A stretch of 64,000 nt of DNA, taken from Aulosira sp. ZfuVER01 (GTDB taxonomy: Bacteria > Cyanobacteriota > Cyanobacteriia > Cyanobacteriales > Nostocaceae). The DNA lies in NCBI GenBank assembly GCA_034530615.2, contig JAVRCV020000006.1, forward strand, positions 96,001 through 160,000. The letters are read 5' to 3'. How positions within the stretch are numbered: the first letter of the stretch is position 1; the number at the start of each line of letters is the position of its first letter. The position numbers and the translations under genes are program-made. Below the pieces are notes generated by a model. That model had not been told where the DNA came from, did not search any database, and worked only from the letters and a program-made list of their open reading frames with translations. Below are positions 41,800-53,234 of the stretch, in pieces.

Positions 41800-42251
41800 T
41801 TGCTTAATCCTCCTAGCTAAACACTTTCTGGGAACTCTGGCATGGTGGGCAATTATACTCAGCCCTCAAATCGAACTTTCTCAAAATTGCCCTAACTATA
41901 GCAAGCCCCATAGGTTGCAAACACTAGTACGATTATTGGGAGTTGACAAGCCCCAGCTTGTGAAACTCTTGAGCATTTCAGTCAAAACCTTGAAATCTCA
42001 AGGTTGAGAGTGCTAGTAACTCATTCGCCAGAGTCTGGTGTAAACACCAGAATATTTCCATCAAGAAATTAAAAAAAAACTGCATTCAATATACAAGCCT
42101 ATACGCATTTGAGGGAAAATAACTCTAGTCTTGCTAATCAATCGTAGAAATGCTTGACAAGTAAGAAAAAATCAGATTTTACCTTGTATTTGGTCAGAAA
42201 TTTTTAATTATTTCTGATTTTTTGGAAATTGTAATTTAGGTTCGGGAATCT

Positions 42252-43304
42252 ATGTTGATCAACTCGCAAACCCCAACTCTGGACTTAGACTCATCCAAGT
42301 TTCTACCAGCAACTGACGCTAAACAGAGAGTCAGTCAGTTCATGCAACAGTTACAAGACGAAATCACTCAAGCCTTGGGAGATTTGGATGGTGCTGGTAA
42401 GTTTCATGAAGATAGCTGGAAACGGCCAGAAGGAGGTGGAGGGCGATCGCGTGTTCTGCGTGATGGCGCAATATTTGAACAAGCTGGTGTAAACTTTTCT
42501 GAAGTTTGGGGTTCCCATTTACCAGCGTCAATTTTAACCCAACGTCCAGAAGCAGCCGGACACGGTTTTTATGCTACAGGTACTTCCCTGGTGTTACACC
42601 CGCGCAACCCCTACGTACCAACTGTGCATTTGAACTACCGCTATTTTGAAGCTGGGCCAGTTTGGTGGTTTGGAGGTGGTGCCGATTTAACACCTTACTA
42701 CCCCTTTGCCGAAGATGCTAAACATTTCCATCAAACACTGAAGCAAGCGTGCGATCAACATCACCCAGAGTATTACCCAGTCTTCAAGCGCTGGTGTGAT
42801 GAATATTTCTATCTCAAGCATCGCGGCGAGACAAGAGGAATTGGGGGTCTATTTTTAGATTACCAAGATGGTCAAGGTGCTATCTATCGTGGACCCGATC
42901 CAAATGGGGAAGCAGCTAAATATAGCAACCAGGTAGGAACAATACCCCAACGCACTTGGGAAGAATTGTTTGCCTTGGTGCAAGACTGCGGTCGAGCCTT
43001 TTTGCCAGCTTACGCACCAATTGTAGAACGGCGCAATGGAATTGAATATGGCGATCGCGAACGGAATTTTCAACTCTATCGTCGGGGAAGGTACGTAGAA
43101 TTCAACTTGGTTTACGATCGCGGTACAATTTTCGGTCTGCAAACCAACGGACGTACGGAATCGATTCTGATGTCCCTACCACCTTTAGTGCGTTGGGAAT
43201 ACGGGTATCAACCAGATGCTCATACTCCAGAAGCCGAATTGTATGAAACTTTCTTGAAGCCTCAAGATTGGATAAATTGGACACCCACTAATAGCGCTGA
43301 ATGA
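42252..43304 (+). CDS. hemF: Oxygen-dependent coproporphyrinogen III oxidase
   Basis: [28 protein letters not shown] and [15 protein letters not shown] motifs. Confidence 0.98.
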   Translation: MLINSQTPTLDLDSSKFLPATDAKQRVSQFMQQLQDEITQALGDLDGAGKFHEDSWKRPEGGGGRSRVLRDGAIFEQAGVNFSEVWGSHLPASILTQRPEAAGHGFYATGTSLVLHPRNPYVPTVHLNYRYFEAGPVWWFGGGADLTPYYPFAEDAKHFHQTLKQACDQHHPEYYPVFKRWCDEYFYLKHRGETRGIGGLFLDYQDGQGAIYRGPDPNGEAAKYSNQVGTIPQRTWEELFALVQDCGRAFLPAYAPIVERRNGIEYGDRERNFQLYRRGRYVEFNLVYDRGTIFGLQTNGRTESILMSLPPLVRWEYGYQPDAHTPEAELYETFLKPQDWINWTPTNSAE

Positions 43305-43706
43305 GCGTTGATGAGTATTGAGTTGGGAGTAAAACATCACAAAGCAATCCTGCAAAATCAAAATAGGAATGTTTCTGTTGTTTGCTTTACATCTCTATAC
43401 TTTGCTTCTATTTTCTCTTCTTCTTATGTCAGCGCTGATCTGAGTACTCAGCCCTGTTTTAGTGAGTTAAACTACTAAAGAAAAGCACCTAGTAAAAAAG
43501 GGTGACATTTTTAGCTGTAGCTTGTTAATCTCAAGTATCAGCACTAAATTGTTCTGTTAGTGGTGAGTCAATTAATTTACTAAGTTCCTGGATTTCATCC
43601 TCATCACAAGAGCATGGAAATTTCCAGAAAAGCAAGTCTTTTGACTCACCAGTAACAGTCTTAAATACAGTAGTTAACTTTGACAGGACTGCCGCAGGGA
43701 GGCTCA

Positions 43707-44075
43707 GTGATTCAGATAGAGCAAAAAACCCACATCACCCAAGATGGTAATACCGTTATTGTCTTGGCACCAACAGGGCGCTTAGACATCACCACCGCTT
43801 GGCAATTTCGGCTGAAGTTACAGGAATGTATTTCCAAACTCAGTCGCCACGTAGTTGTGAATCTTAGTCAGGTAAACTTTATTGATAGTTCTGGTCTTAC
43901 TTCTTTAGTAGCCGGGATGCGTGACGCCGATAAACTCAAGGGTAGCTTCCGAATCTGTAATGTACATACAGAAGCAAAACTTGTGTTTGAAGTTACAATG
44001 ATGGATACAGTCTTTGAAATCTTTGAAACTGAAGAGGAAGCTTTAGAAGGTGTGCCTCGTAGCATCGCCAGCTAG
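43707..44075 (+). CDS. STAS-domain anti-sigma factor antagonist
   Basis: GRLD and VNFIDSSGL motifs; GTG start after SD GGAGG. Confidence 0.9.
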   Translation: MIQIEQKTHITQDGNTVIVLAPTGRLDITTAWQFRLKLQECISKLSRHVVVNLSQVNFIDSSGLTSLVAGMRDADKLKGSFRICNVHTEAKLVFEVTMMDTVFEIFETEEEALEGVPRSIAS

Positions 44076-44099
44076 AACTGTGCTGAGTTGTCAGTTTTG

Positions 44100-44275
44100 A
44101 GAAGCCAGCGCCTTGCTTTGGTTGCCAAAATTGTAGTCACTGGCGTTGCTGAGTTGAAGAATTGAGAAAAGCTACAGAAGTGAAGAGTATAGACAATGAC
44201 TATTTTCCACAACTTCGTACTCAGCGAGAAGTTGCAAGGAGGGTTTCCCTCCAGGCAAACTTCGGTGGCTCAGAA
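44100..44275. repeat. Short dispersed palindromic repeats between convergent genes
   Basis: GAAGTT..GGAGGGTTTCCCTCC..AACTTC hairpin and a CCAGCG/CACTGG-type element flanked by GCTGAGT/ACTCAGC units. Confidence 0.5.
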
Positions 44276-44276
44276 C

Positions 44277-44873
44277 TCAGTACTGATTTCGCTTAGTATA
44301 GCGGTAAGGGCCTAAAATAGCTCCCCAAGTAGCTTTGCCAGTTGCTATATCAATTCCTTTATCGTAGCTGTGAAATTCTGTCGCAGAGGCTTCAAAACCT
44401 AAAGAAACTTGTATAGTGTTGCCTTGATAAGTAAAACGGCAACTAGTATTCGGTACTGGAGTCGCCACAAACTTATAGCAGTGAGGCGCTAGTGTTTGCT
44501 GGGTAATAGTGAGGACGCAACCCGGTAATAACTCTAATTGGTCAGGTGTCAAAGTATCGAGTAAAGTGGGATTGCGACCTGCACCTTGTAAACTGCCTGG
44601 ATCTTTAGGCATATAATATTGCACTTGCAGGTGTCCATCAAAGTCACGCCCTGCTTGTAACCGCATAATTCTCTGGCGGTAAGGATTATCTAGGTTGATA
44701 ATACTGGCTTGTTCAGCAAATAATGTAATACTGTCTTCTGTAAACAAATTAACTGGCCTTTGCCATAGGCGCAAGTGAACGTACCAAATAGGATCGGCTA
44801 TAGCTTGTTCTTTATTGTCAAATTCACCAGCCAGGTATTCGCCTAGATCTGTTAACTGTGAGGATAAGCTCAT
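44277..44873 (-). CDS. cpcT: CpcT/CpeT family phycobiliprotein lyase
   Basis: LAGEFDNKEQA..P.WYVH, PYRQR, and SYDKG.D..G..WG motifs. Confidence 0.88.
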   Translation of the reverse strand: MSLSSQLTDLGEYLAGEFDNKEQAIADPIWYVHLRLWQRPVNLFTEDSITLFAEQASIINLDNPYRQRIMRLQAGRDFDGHLQVQYYMPKDPGSLQGAGRNPTLLDTLTPDQLELLPGCVLTITQQTLAPHCYKFVATPVPNTSCRFTYQGNTIQVSLGFEASATEFHSYDKGIDIATGKATWGAILGPYRYTKRNQY

Positions 44874-45092
44874 AAATTTAGATGCACAATTTATCAAAAG
44901 TCCAGAGTCAATAGTCCTAAGTTTTTTGACCAATGACCATTGACAGCCTCAACTAGACATCGCAAGATACGCAGCTTGAGTCCTGTTTGAGTGAAAATAT
45001 TGTAAACCGCCCACTTACAAGTTGAAACCCGAACTTGGCAAAGTAGCCTTTAAGCGAGACAATAAAACTACGTCGCCCTTAACATTTTCTTT

Positions 45093-45800
45093 GTGAATAC
45101 CGTCCGTACTGTTTCTGATACTAAGCGAACTTTCTACACTGTTCACACCCGTCCAATCAACACGATTTATCGTCGGGTAGTGGAAGAGTTGATGGTGGAA
45201 ATGCATTTGCTGTCAGTAAATGCCGATTTTAGCTACAATCCGATTTATGGCTTGGGCGTCGTCACTACCTTTGACCGCTTCATGCAAGGCTACCAACCGG
45301 AACGGGATAAGGAATCGATTTTTAGCGCCTTATGTCAGGCTGTAGAGCAGGATGAGCAACGCTACAAGCAGGATGCTGAAAGATTGCAAGAAGTGGCTAA
45401 AAGTTTACCAGCCAATGATTTAATTGCGTGGCTCAGTCAAACTACCCACTTAAATCGAGATGCTAACTTGCAAGAGCAATTGCAAGCGATCGCCAACAAT
45501 CCTAACTTTAAATACAGCCGCTTGTTTGCAATTGGTTTATTTTCTTTATTAGAACTGTCAGATCCAGAATTAGTAAAAGACGAAAAGCAACGCAACGAAG
45601 CTCTAAAAAATATTGCTAGCGGCTTGCATCTGTCTGATGAAAAATTGAGCAAAGATTTGGATCTGTATCGCTCTAACTTAGACAAAATAGCACAAGCACT
45701 AATAGTGATGGCAGATATGCTCTCCGCCGATCGCAAAAAACGCGAACAGCGGAAACAACAATCTACTACTTCAGTTGCACCTCCTAGTGCTAATGAATAG
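45093..45800 (+). CDS. psb29: Photosystem II biogenesis protein Psb29/Thf1
   Basis: RTVSDTKR.F, IYRRVVEELMVEMHLL and KYSRLFAIGL motifs. Confidence 0.96.
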   Translation: MNTVRTVSDTKRTFYTVHTRPINTIYRRVVEELMVEMHLLSVNADFSYNPIYGLGVVTTFDRFMQGYQPERDKESIFSALCQAVEQDEQRYKQDAERLQEVAKSLPANDLIAWLSQTTHLNRDANLQEQLQAIANNPNFKYSRLFAIGLFSLLELSDPELVKDEKQRNEALKNIASGLHLSDEKLSKDLDLYRSNLDKIAQALIVMADMLSADRKKREQRKQQSTTSVAPPSANE

Positions 45801-45850
45801 TCAATAGTCAATAGTCAATAGGAATAAACTTTTACTATTGACTATTGACT
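45797..45850. terminator. Hairpin made of inverted STRR units between convergent genes
   Basis: (AATAGTC)n followed by (ACTATTG)n. Confidence 0.6.
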
Positions 45851-45865
45851 TTCAACTTGAAGTAT

Positions 45866-46231
45866 TTATACACCCATTAGACGGTAAATCAAATTGTTGA
45901 TGATAGTGAGTGCAAACGCCCCTAAGACAGCACTCCAAATGCCGAAACGTAAGCGAAAGCCTTCTACTAACCAAGCCGCAATACTAAAACAAACAACGGC
46001 AATCATAAATGTGAATAAGCCGGATAATAAGTTGAAGGTAAGCAAACTCGGTACTGCAAATAAAAGGCGCAGAATTGGTCTAACTAATGTAGTGACAATG
46101 CCAAGCACGGCCGCTGATAAGAAAGCTTTGTTTGGAGTATCAATTTCTACTCCTAAGGGTAACTTACTAATAATTAACAAGCTGACAGAAGTTACCAACC
46201 AAACAATTAAAATTGTCCAAATTTCATTCAT
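45866..46231 (-). CDS. 4-TM membrane protein (phage holin family 4 / YvlD-like)
   Basis: LIISKLPLGVEI, A.VLGIV..LVRPIL and LVEGFRL motifs; start set at MNEIW. Confidence 0.8.
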   Translation of the reverse strand: MNEIWTILIVWLVTSVSLLIISKLPLGVEIDTPNKAFLSAAVLGIVTTLVRPILRLLFAVPSLLTFNLLSGLFTFMIAVVCFSIAAWLVEGFRLRFGIWSAVLGAFALTIINNLIYRLMGV

Positions 46232-46914
46232 GGCCACAACCCCTGAAACGTGAATGGCGAACGGCGTTGAAACTAAAGCAGTCCCAATGAGAAAATTTTC
46301 ATCACCATAGTATGAAAAGCAAGAGAGACACGGTGAGACATTGCTGAACTCCGCACTCAGCACTTTCAAACTAGTCCCTCACGAGAAAATCCCATAACTC
46401 AGGGATTGAAAAATCCTTCTTCCCCTGTTCCCCATTTTCAAGTTAGGAGAGAGAAGATAAAAGGTTGACAAATGGGGATTTGAACTTCACCTGAAAGTCA
46501 GCTTAAGAAATCCCCTAAGACAGATTGCAATTCTTTGCAGGGGGTCTTAAACTCCGATGGCATTTAGGTGGGGAATGTGAATATTTGTCCTCTACATTCT
46601 GTTTTCTGCACTTAGGTGGATAAATTACTGAGTGTATCGGCAGAAAAATTTTTGAGAATTAACTTATTACTTGTAAATTAGCAGATTTTTTTTATTTAAC
46701 CAAAATTTATTTTAGATATCTTTAGGTTTTAGAGCAGATTTCAAGGCAAGAGAGGTTACAAGGAGGACTAGCTTGGCAAACACGCATGGGTAGCGCGTAT
46801 GCAAGGTAAATTAGGTTTTCCCTCCTTGTCTTCCCTTATTTGATTTTGTAGAGACTGCTGGGGTGAGCATTAGATTTTTATGTCTCTCATTACCTCAATC
46901 CCAGCGGCTCAGTA

Positions 46915-47556
46915 TCACCTTTGAGGAGCAGAGTTAGTTTTGCCTGGTGTTGTTGACTTGGGAACTACAGGAGCAATACCTGGATTAACAGAATTAGGAT
47001 TGCGGGGAAAGTTAGGAGTAATATTACCTTCGGGATTAATTCCAGGTACAGGTGCGTTGTTTGGTAAAGAATTAGTACCAGGATTAATAGGGAAGGATGG
47101 AATTACAGGTAGGTTTGAATTAGATGTTTGAGATGGTCCTGGTATAATTCCCAAAGCTACGCGATCGCCTCCCACTTGTCGCAGTAAATCCAATGTCTCA
47201 ATCACATCGTTGTATGTTGCTGTCCGCGACGCATTCAGCACTAAAACACCGGTAGGATTTTCTTGGACATACTTCTTTAAAATATCTGCCAATTGCTCTC
47301 GTCTGACCATTTGTTTTTCTACGTAAGTCTGACCTACAGCATCAATAGTCACAGGTAATATATTGCTATTGCCCTGTAAACTCGCTGTGGGTGATGTACC
47401 AGTGTTAGCTTTAGGCAAATCAATATTAATTGCTTGTTGGCGAGTAAATTGCAAAGCCGCTAACAGAAAAAATGTCAGGATGCAAAAAACGACATCAATT
47501 AAGGGAATGAGTTGAATTTGGAAATCTTCAACCGGAGTATGCAAATTAACTTTCAT
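46915..47556 (-). CDS. exbD: Biopolymer transport protein ExbD/TolR
   Basis: LIPLIDVVFCILTFF and IDLPKA motifs; Pro/Asn-rich tail. Confidence 0.9.
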   Translation of the reverse strand: MKVNLHTPVEDFQIQLIPLIDVVFCILTFFLLAALQFTRQQAINIDLPKANTGTSPTASLQGNSNILPVTIDAVGQTYVEKQMVRREQLADILKKYVQENPTGVLVLNASRTATYNDVIETLDLLRQVGGDRVALGIIPGPSQTSNSNLPVIPSFPINPGTNSLPNNAPVPGINPEGNITPNFPRNPNSVNPGIAPVVPKSTTPGKTNSAPQR

Positions 47557-47600
47557 TGTTTTACACTTATGTATGCTTGGTTCAAGAATTGAATTCTTAG

Positions 47601-48359
47601 CTATTGTTCCGGATCTAAAGAATCAGTTCCATCTGAAATTTCTGGAGAATCAGAAAATTTGTTTCTGCCTCGTTTTCGGGGTGGGGTGAAATTTTCTCGT
47701 GAAGATTCCCGCAGAATTATTGATGGTTGATTGCTAAAATCAGGTGGCGATTGACGGTAGAGCAACTCCAAATCATTCCCAGCTTTCCGAAAAACTTTGA
47801 CCTGGTTGACTACAAAACTTTGAAATAGGCGATAAAACACCAAACTAACAATGGCGACTATTAGCCCAGTTGCCGTACTAATTAGGGATTCGCCAATACC
47901 TGTAGTTACCCCGGCTGTAGATTCGGTTCCCAAGTCACCAATACGAATTGCTCGCAGAGATTGGATTAGGCCTAAAACCGTACCTAACAAACCCAAAAGT
48001 GGTGCAAGAGCAATCACAGCTTCTAAAAGTTTTTCACCCCGCCGCATTCCAGCTAACTCATCTTCTGCGGTTGCTTCCAAAGCCAAGCGAAAAGTTTCTG
48101 TATCGGGTTTCAATAAGCGTAAGGGGGCGAAGAGAAACCTACCTATGGGCTGATTAGTTGCTTGTTTGGCAATTTCCGCAGCTGTTTCCCAATTCTCAGT
48201 GGCAGCATCTAAAACGCGATCGACTATTTCTTTTTCTTGAGTTAAAATTCGCAGCCAGAACCAAAAACGCTCAAAAATTACACTCAAAGCTAAAATCGAC
48301 AGTGCCAGCAAAGGCCACATTGCTGGGCCGCCCTTGTGAAACAAATCTAAAATATCCAC
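47601..48359 (-). CDS. exbB: MotA/TolQ/ExbB proton channel protein
   Basis: [14 protein letters not shown] and [13 protein letters not shown] motifs. Confidence 0.9.
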   Translation of the reverse strand: MDILDLFHKGGPAMWPLLALSILALSVIFERFWFWLRILTQEKEIVDRVLDAATENWETAAEIAKQATNQPIGRFLFAPLRLLKPDTETFRLALEATAEDELAGMRRGEKLLEAVIALAPLLGLLGTVLGLIQSLRAIRIGDLGTESTAGVTTGIGESLISTATGLIVAIVSLVFYRLFQSFVVNQVKVFRKAGNDLELLYRQSPPDFSNQPSIILRESSRENFTPPRKRGRNKFSDSPEISDGTDSLDPEQ

Positions 48360-48582
48360 TGTTTCGGTCTCCTCCCGCCATATCTAGAGCAAATATGCTA
48401 AAGCATTTTAATTCTAGAGATTAATGTAAAATGAGGGGCTTCCCAAAAATAAATTTCTCAAGAAACTGAAAACCCAATGTGAACTAGAGAACTGTGCGTA
48501 GTAACCCAGAAGCAAGAATATCATGACTTGAGAGTTAGTTTAGCTGTAGGAATTTTAATAAAAAATTTTAACGAAAATACTG

Positions 48583-49644
48583 TTAAGTCCTTGAGACTGC
48601 TGTGCTAACTTGCTGCCGGATAGGTAATTGAATTACAAATTCACTTCCTTCACCAAGGGTAGAAAAACACTGCAATTTGCCTCCATGTTTTTCGTTGATA
48701 ATTTGATAGCTAATTGCCATGCCCATACCTGTGCCTTTACCCACAGGTTTGGTAGTGAAGAAGGGATTGAAGATGCGGTTTTTCACTTGTTCCGGCATTC
48801 CTAAGGCGTTATCAGCGATCGCAATTTCCACCCACTGCGAATCATTAACTGAGGTGCGGATGGTAATCTGACTGGGATTTTCTTCTATTTCCTGATAGGT
48901 GCGCTTGAGGTTTAGCTCGTCTAAAGCATCTATGGCATTCACCAAAATATTCATCAAAACTTGATTGAGTTGTCCGGGATAGCATTCTATGTAGGGCAAG
49001 TTACCATAATCCCGAATTACTGAAATTGCTGGACGTTCTGGTTTGTCTTTGAGACGGTGTTGCAAAATCAACAGCGTACTTTCAATTCCTTCATGAATGT
49101 CAACTACTTTAAATTCCGCCTCATCCATGCGGGAAAAGTTCCGTAACGATAGCACAATGCTACGAATTCTGTCAGTCCCCATTTTCATCGAAGCTAGCAT
49201 CTTCTGTAAATCCTCGATCAGGAACTCCAGATCGATTTCCTCAGCTAAGGCTTGCACCTCTGAATCATTGCTGGGATGGCGTTGTTGATAGAGATGGATC
49301 ATTCTGAGCAAATCTTGAGTGTAGCTGTTCAAATGAGTAATATTACCGTGGATAAAGTTCACCGGGTTGTTGATTTCATGTGCCACACCTGCCACCAGTT
49401 GACCAAGACTAGACATTTTTTCACTTTGAACAACTTGTGCTTGGGTGCGCTGCAATTCACTCAAAGTAGTTTTGAGTTCGACAGTGCGTTCTTCTACCCT
49501 GTCTTCTAACTCTGCCTTACTGTTTTCTAACGCCGTAAAAGATTCACGCAATTGCCCTGCCATGTGATTAAAGGAATTGGCAAGTGTATTGAGTTCCTGA
49601 ATGTTACTAATCCCTCTTTTGTTACTTTCAGCAGAGAATAATCC
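48583..49644 (-). pseudogene. N-terminally truncated histidine kinase (half HAMP + HisKA + HATPase)
   Basis: EKMSSLGQLVAGVAHEINNP, NAIDA, FFTTKPVGKGTGMG motifs. The frame extends upstream of ATG 49563 as SNIQELNTLANSFNHM (HAMP helix 2) to a stop at 49645-49647. Confidence 0.7.
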
Positions 49645-50126
49645 CTAAGTCTTATTATTGGGTTATTTATCAACAAGCTAAGTTAAATGAGAAAATGATC
49701 ATGCGATCGCTCAATTGATGATTTTGTCTAAGGTTCAGATTGGGTAGAGTATTATTCTCTCCCCGTAGTGATAAAAGAGGGATAAGAACCATCTGTAGTG
49801 GAAACGTTTTAAATATGCCGGAGTAATGCTTGTTCATCGTTAAGTTAAATTTTTTTCTAGCGTTAGTGCTTCACCTAGCGAAGACTAAGTAATTTTATGC
49901 AAAATATTTAAAATAAATACTTAGATACTTAGTATTCCCACATAAGATAAATAATCAACACCCAAATTGATATGAAACACTAGGGAATAAGGCATGAGGC
50001 ATAGGTTAGTCCACCGTACCCATGTTTTGAAAGCAGCAGCGATCGCCCCATCAAAAATTCCTGGGCATGAGAAAATCAGATAACACAATCGCAAAAGTTG
50101 CGATTAAAGGCATAGAAGGAAAAAAG

Positions 50127-51818
50127 ATGTCGGAGAATTTGAGAAGTCAGGTTGTGACGCAAGGGGTGCAACGATCACCTAATCGCGCTATGCTGCGTGC
50201 AGTTGGTTTCAAAGATGAAGATTTTAATAAAGCCATTGTTGGTATTGCCAATGGTTATAGCACTATCACCCCTTGCAATATGGGGATCAATCAACTAGCG
50301 CAAAGGGCAGAAGTTGCTGTTAAAACTGCTGGGGCAATGCCGCAAATATTCGGCACAATTACTATTAGTGACGGTATTTCGATGGGAACTGAAGGGATGA
50401 AATATTCCCTAGTATCACGAGAAGTAATTGCAGACTCCATAGAAACTGCCTGTACTGGGCAAAGTATGGATGGAGTGCTGGCGATTGGTGGTTGTGATAA
50501 GAATATGCCAGGGGCAATGCTAGCGATCGCCCGCATGAATATCCCTGCTATTTTTGTTTACGGTGGCACTATTAAACCCGGACATTACAACGGACGGGAT
50601 CTAACTGTTGTCAGTTCTTTTGAAGCTGTAGGTCAATACAGTGCTGGCAAAATTGACGAAAATGAACTAATAGAAGTCGAACGCCATGCTTGTCCTGGTG
50701 CTGGTTCCTGCGGTGGAATGTATACAGCTAATACCATGTCTTCTGCTTTTGAAGCAATGGGGATGAGTTTACCCTACTCTTCCACAATGGCAGCTGAAGA
50801 TGCAGAAAAAGCTGACAGTACAGAAAAATCAGCATTCGTCTTAGTTGAAGCAATTCGCAAACAACTTTTACCCCGCCAAATTATCACCCGCAAATCTATC
50901 GAAAATGCCATTTCTGTAATTATGGCAGTGGGTGGTTCAACAAATGCAGTCTTGCATTTTTTAGCGATCGCTCGTGCTGCTGGTGTAGAACTAACTTTAG
51001 ATGACTTTGAAGTAATTCGTGCCCGTGTGCCAGTTTTGTGCGATCTAAAACCAAGTGGTAAGTATGTGGCTACTGACTTACACAAAGCTGGTGGTATTCC
51101 CCAAGTGATGAAAATGCTACTGGTACACGATTTGTTACATGCAGATTGCATCACCATCAGCGGTCAAACAATTGCCGAAGTATTGGCAGAGATACCAGAA
51201 GAACCTGCTGCTAACCAAGATGTGATTCGTCCTTGGAATAACCCCATGTATGCCCAAGGTCACTTAGCTATTCTCAAAGGTAATCTAGCAACAGAAGGTG
51301 CTGTGGCCAAAATTACTGGTGTGAAAAAGCCTGTAATTACTGGGCCAGCAAGGGTATTTGAATCAGAAGAAGCTTCTTTAGACGCTATCTTGGCAGGTAA
51401 GATTAAGCCTGGTGATGTCCTCGTCATCCGCTATGAAGGGCCCAAAGGTGGCCCAGGTATGCGGGAAATGCTAGCTCCCACCTCAGCAATTATTGGTGCT
51501 GGCTTAGGCGATTCTGTGGGATTAATTACCGATGGACGTTTCTCTGGCGGTACTTACGGCATGGTAGTAGGTCACGTTGCACCGGAGGCTGCTGTAGGTG
51601 GTGCGATCGCTCTCGTGGAAGAAGGTGATAGCATCACAATTGATGCCCCTGCGCGTTTATTACAGTTGAACATCTCCGATGAAGAATTAGCTCGTCGTCG
51701 TGCCAATTGGCAACCTCCTGCACCTCGTTATACCAAAGGTGTGCTCGCTAAATATGCCAAATTAGTAGCTTCTAGCAGTCTTGGTGCAGTTACTGATTTA
51801 GATTTGTTTGATAATTAG
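50127..51818 (+). CDS. ilvD: Dihydroxy-acid dehydratase
   Basis: [38 protein letters not shown] and TDGRFSG motifs. Confidence 0.98.
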   Translation: MSENLRSQVVTQGVQRSPNRAMLRAVGFKDEDFNKAIVGIANGYSTITPCNMGINQLAQRAEVAVKTAGAMPQIFGTITISDGISMGTEGMKYSLVSREVIADSIETACTGQSMDGVLAIGGCDKNMPGAMLAIARMNIPAIFVYGGTIKPGHYNGRDLTVVSSFEAVGQYSAGKIDENELIEVERHACPGAGSCGGMYTANTMSSAFEAMGMSLPYSSTMAAEDAEKADSTEKSAFVLVEAIRKQLLPRQIITRKSIENAISVIMAVGGSTNAVLHFLAIARAAGVELTLDDFEVIRARVPVLCDLKPSGKYVATDLHKAGGIPQVMKMLLVHDLLHADCITISGQTIAEVLAEIPEEPAANQDVIRPWNNPMYAQGHLAILKGNLATEGAVAKITGVKKPVITGPARVFESEEASLDAILAGKIKPGDVLVIRYEGPKGGPGMREMLAPTSAIIGAGLGDSVGLITDGRFSGGTYGMVVGHVAPEAAVGGAIALVEEGDSITIDAPARLLQLNISDEELARRRANWQPPAPRYTKGVLAKYAKLVASSSLGAVTDLDLFDN

Positions 51819-51937
51819 TTATTACTTCCGAAGTTTTGGTAAATTTTCTGAGAATATAAGTAACTGGCTCTATTTTATAGAGCCAGCTTTTTTGGGAGAT
51901 TTGAAATTTGTTTATTTTGAGATCGTTACCAAAATTG

Positions 51938-52516
51938 CTACTTACAATCCTCACAATTCCACTCGACTTTTAAAAAGCCCTTATTATCATTGAATGCTTC
52001 TCCATGATTACTATCACCAGTATCATTAATTGTAAATAAAACTGTTTCATTTGGACCTAATTCCAATGTTTTCTGGGAACCTACAAAATAGTATTCTCCT
52101 TTCTGACGAACTATCAAAGATCCCTCTGGAAAACCAGGCAAATTGTAATTCTGAGTAGCTTTAGGAAAGTGATTATTTCCATCAGCACTATTAGGTTCTA
52201 AATTAGAGTTATATGTCCACTTACCTGTAGCAAAGAAGTGAAATGTTCGACTCGAAGAGTACTTATTAACAAAAGCTGTACCTAGTGGTTTTTTAGCTTC
52301 CACTGTAAATTTTCCCTCAGTCTGTTGAGAGACAGGTGAAGAAGTAGCAGCATTTGTAGATGGAGTATTAGCTTGTGTTGGTGTTGATGGATGTGTACTT
52401 TGGACTACAATTGTCAGAATAGCTGCAATTCCTGCTCCTCCACCTAAAGCTGTCAAAATGCCAGATAAGCTTGTCCAAAAACCACTTTGTTGTTTGTTGT
52501 CATTCATAGACTGCAC
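51938..52516 (-). CDS. Membrane-anchored or secreted protein, possible LecA/PA-IL-like beta-sandwich
   Basis: N-terminal TM segment, S/T/P linker, then ATGKWTY, GSLIVR and FTIND...FNDNKG.L.V. Confidence 0.65.
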   Translation of the reverse strand: MQSMNDNKQQSGFWTSLSGILTALGGGAGIAAILTIVVQSTHPSTPTQANTPSTNAATSSPVSQQTEGKFTVEAKKPLGTAFVNKYSSSRTFHFFATGKWTYNSNLEPNSADGNNHFPKATQNYNLPGFPEGSLIVRQKGEYYFVGSQKTLELGPNETVLFTINDTGDSNHGEAFNDNKGFLKVEWNCEDCK

Positions 52517-52835
52517 TCTGATTTCTCAAACTAGGAAACTTAGTTGCTTTCATGCTGTCAAAAAAGAACCACAACGGTAAAAATGCGGATTCCGGAAAAA
52601 TTAGCAGATCTCCCAATCCTGATTGCTAAAGTAAAAGCATCATATTTATGAAAATTTACTAACCTTGATTCAGTAAATTTTCGGTAACTCTCATACTTAG
52701 CAGTAGCTATATCACCGTAATTGCATAGCACAAGCATAGTACCCATGTTTGTAGAGGCGAGCTGCTTCCTTTTTGATTTTTTAAATAATTTTACTAGTAT
52801 TTTAATTAATTCAGATATTTGTAAAGCTTTAGTGA

Positions 52836-52865
52836 ATTTACCTATTCATAGTCTTTTCTTAATCT
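52836..52865 (+). promoter_or_regulatory. Candidate Pho box (SphR site)
   Basis: ATTTACCT-att-CATAGTCT-ttt-CTTAATCT: three 8-mers at 11-bp spacing resembling CTTAACCT, upstream of a nuclease/phosphatase gene. Confidence 0.45.
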
Positions 52866-53234
52866 TAGTTCAGTAAATTCCAGGTGACTATTTACACGAG
52901 TTAAACTACTAAGCGCTAAATTTTTGTAATGAACAGAACAATATTAGACGCAGTACGGCCTGTTTAAAAATAGGTCGCTATTTTGTGCATCTTAATTGAC
53001 AGATTCACAAACCGCCTTCTGAACAAGCGTATTTTCTCGCATTTAATTACTAAATTATGGCACCTACAAATTTGAATCTAGGTGATATTGCGATCGCTGG
53101 CTGGCAAATATTTCCAGCTATGGCATAACCAACTCTGTGATTGCTGCATTTATAGCATCAATGTAGTGCATTTTTCCTGATGTTTTTATTCAGTTTCTTT
53201 GTTCATTCAGTTCATCAACTAGGAGATTTTATCT

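Noticed and set aside
45866..46231. Holin-family gene as evidence of a prophage
   Set aside because: This family is commonly chromosomal, and no phage genes are nearby.
46495..46575. GAAATCCCC...TTTAGGTGGGG resembling an IS200/IS605 end remnant
   Set aside because: Too degenerate, and no transposase or TnpB sequence is adjacent.
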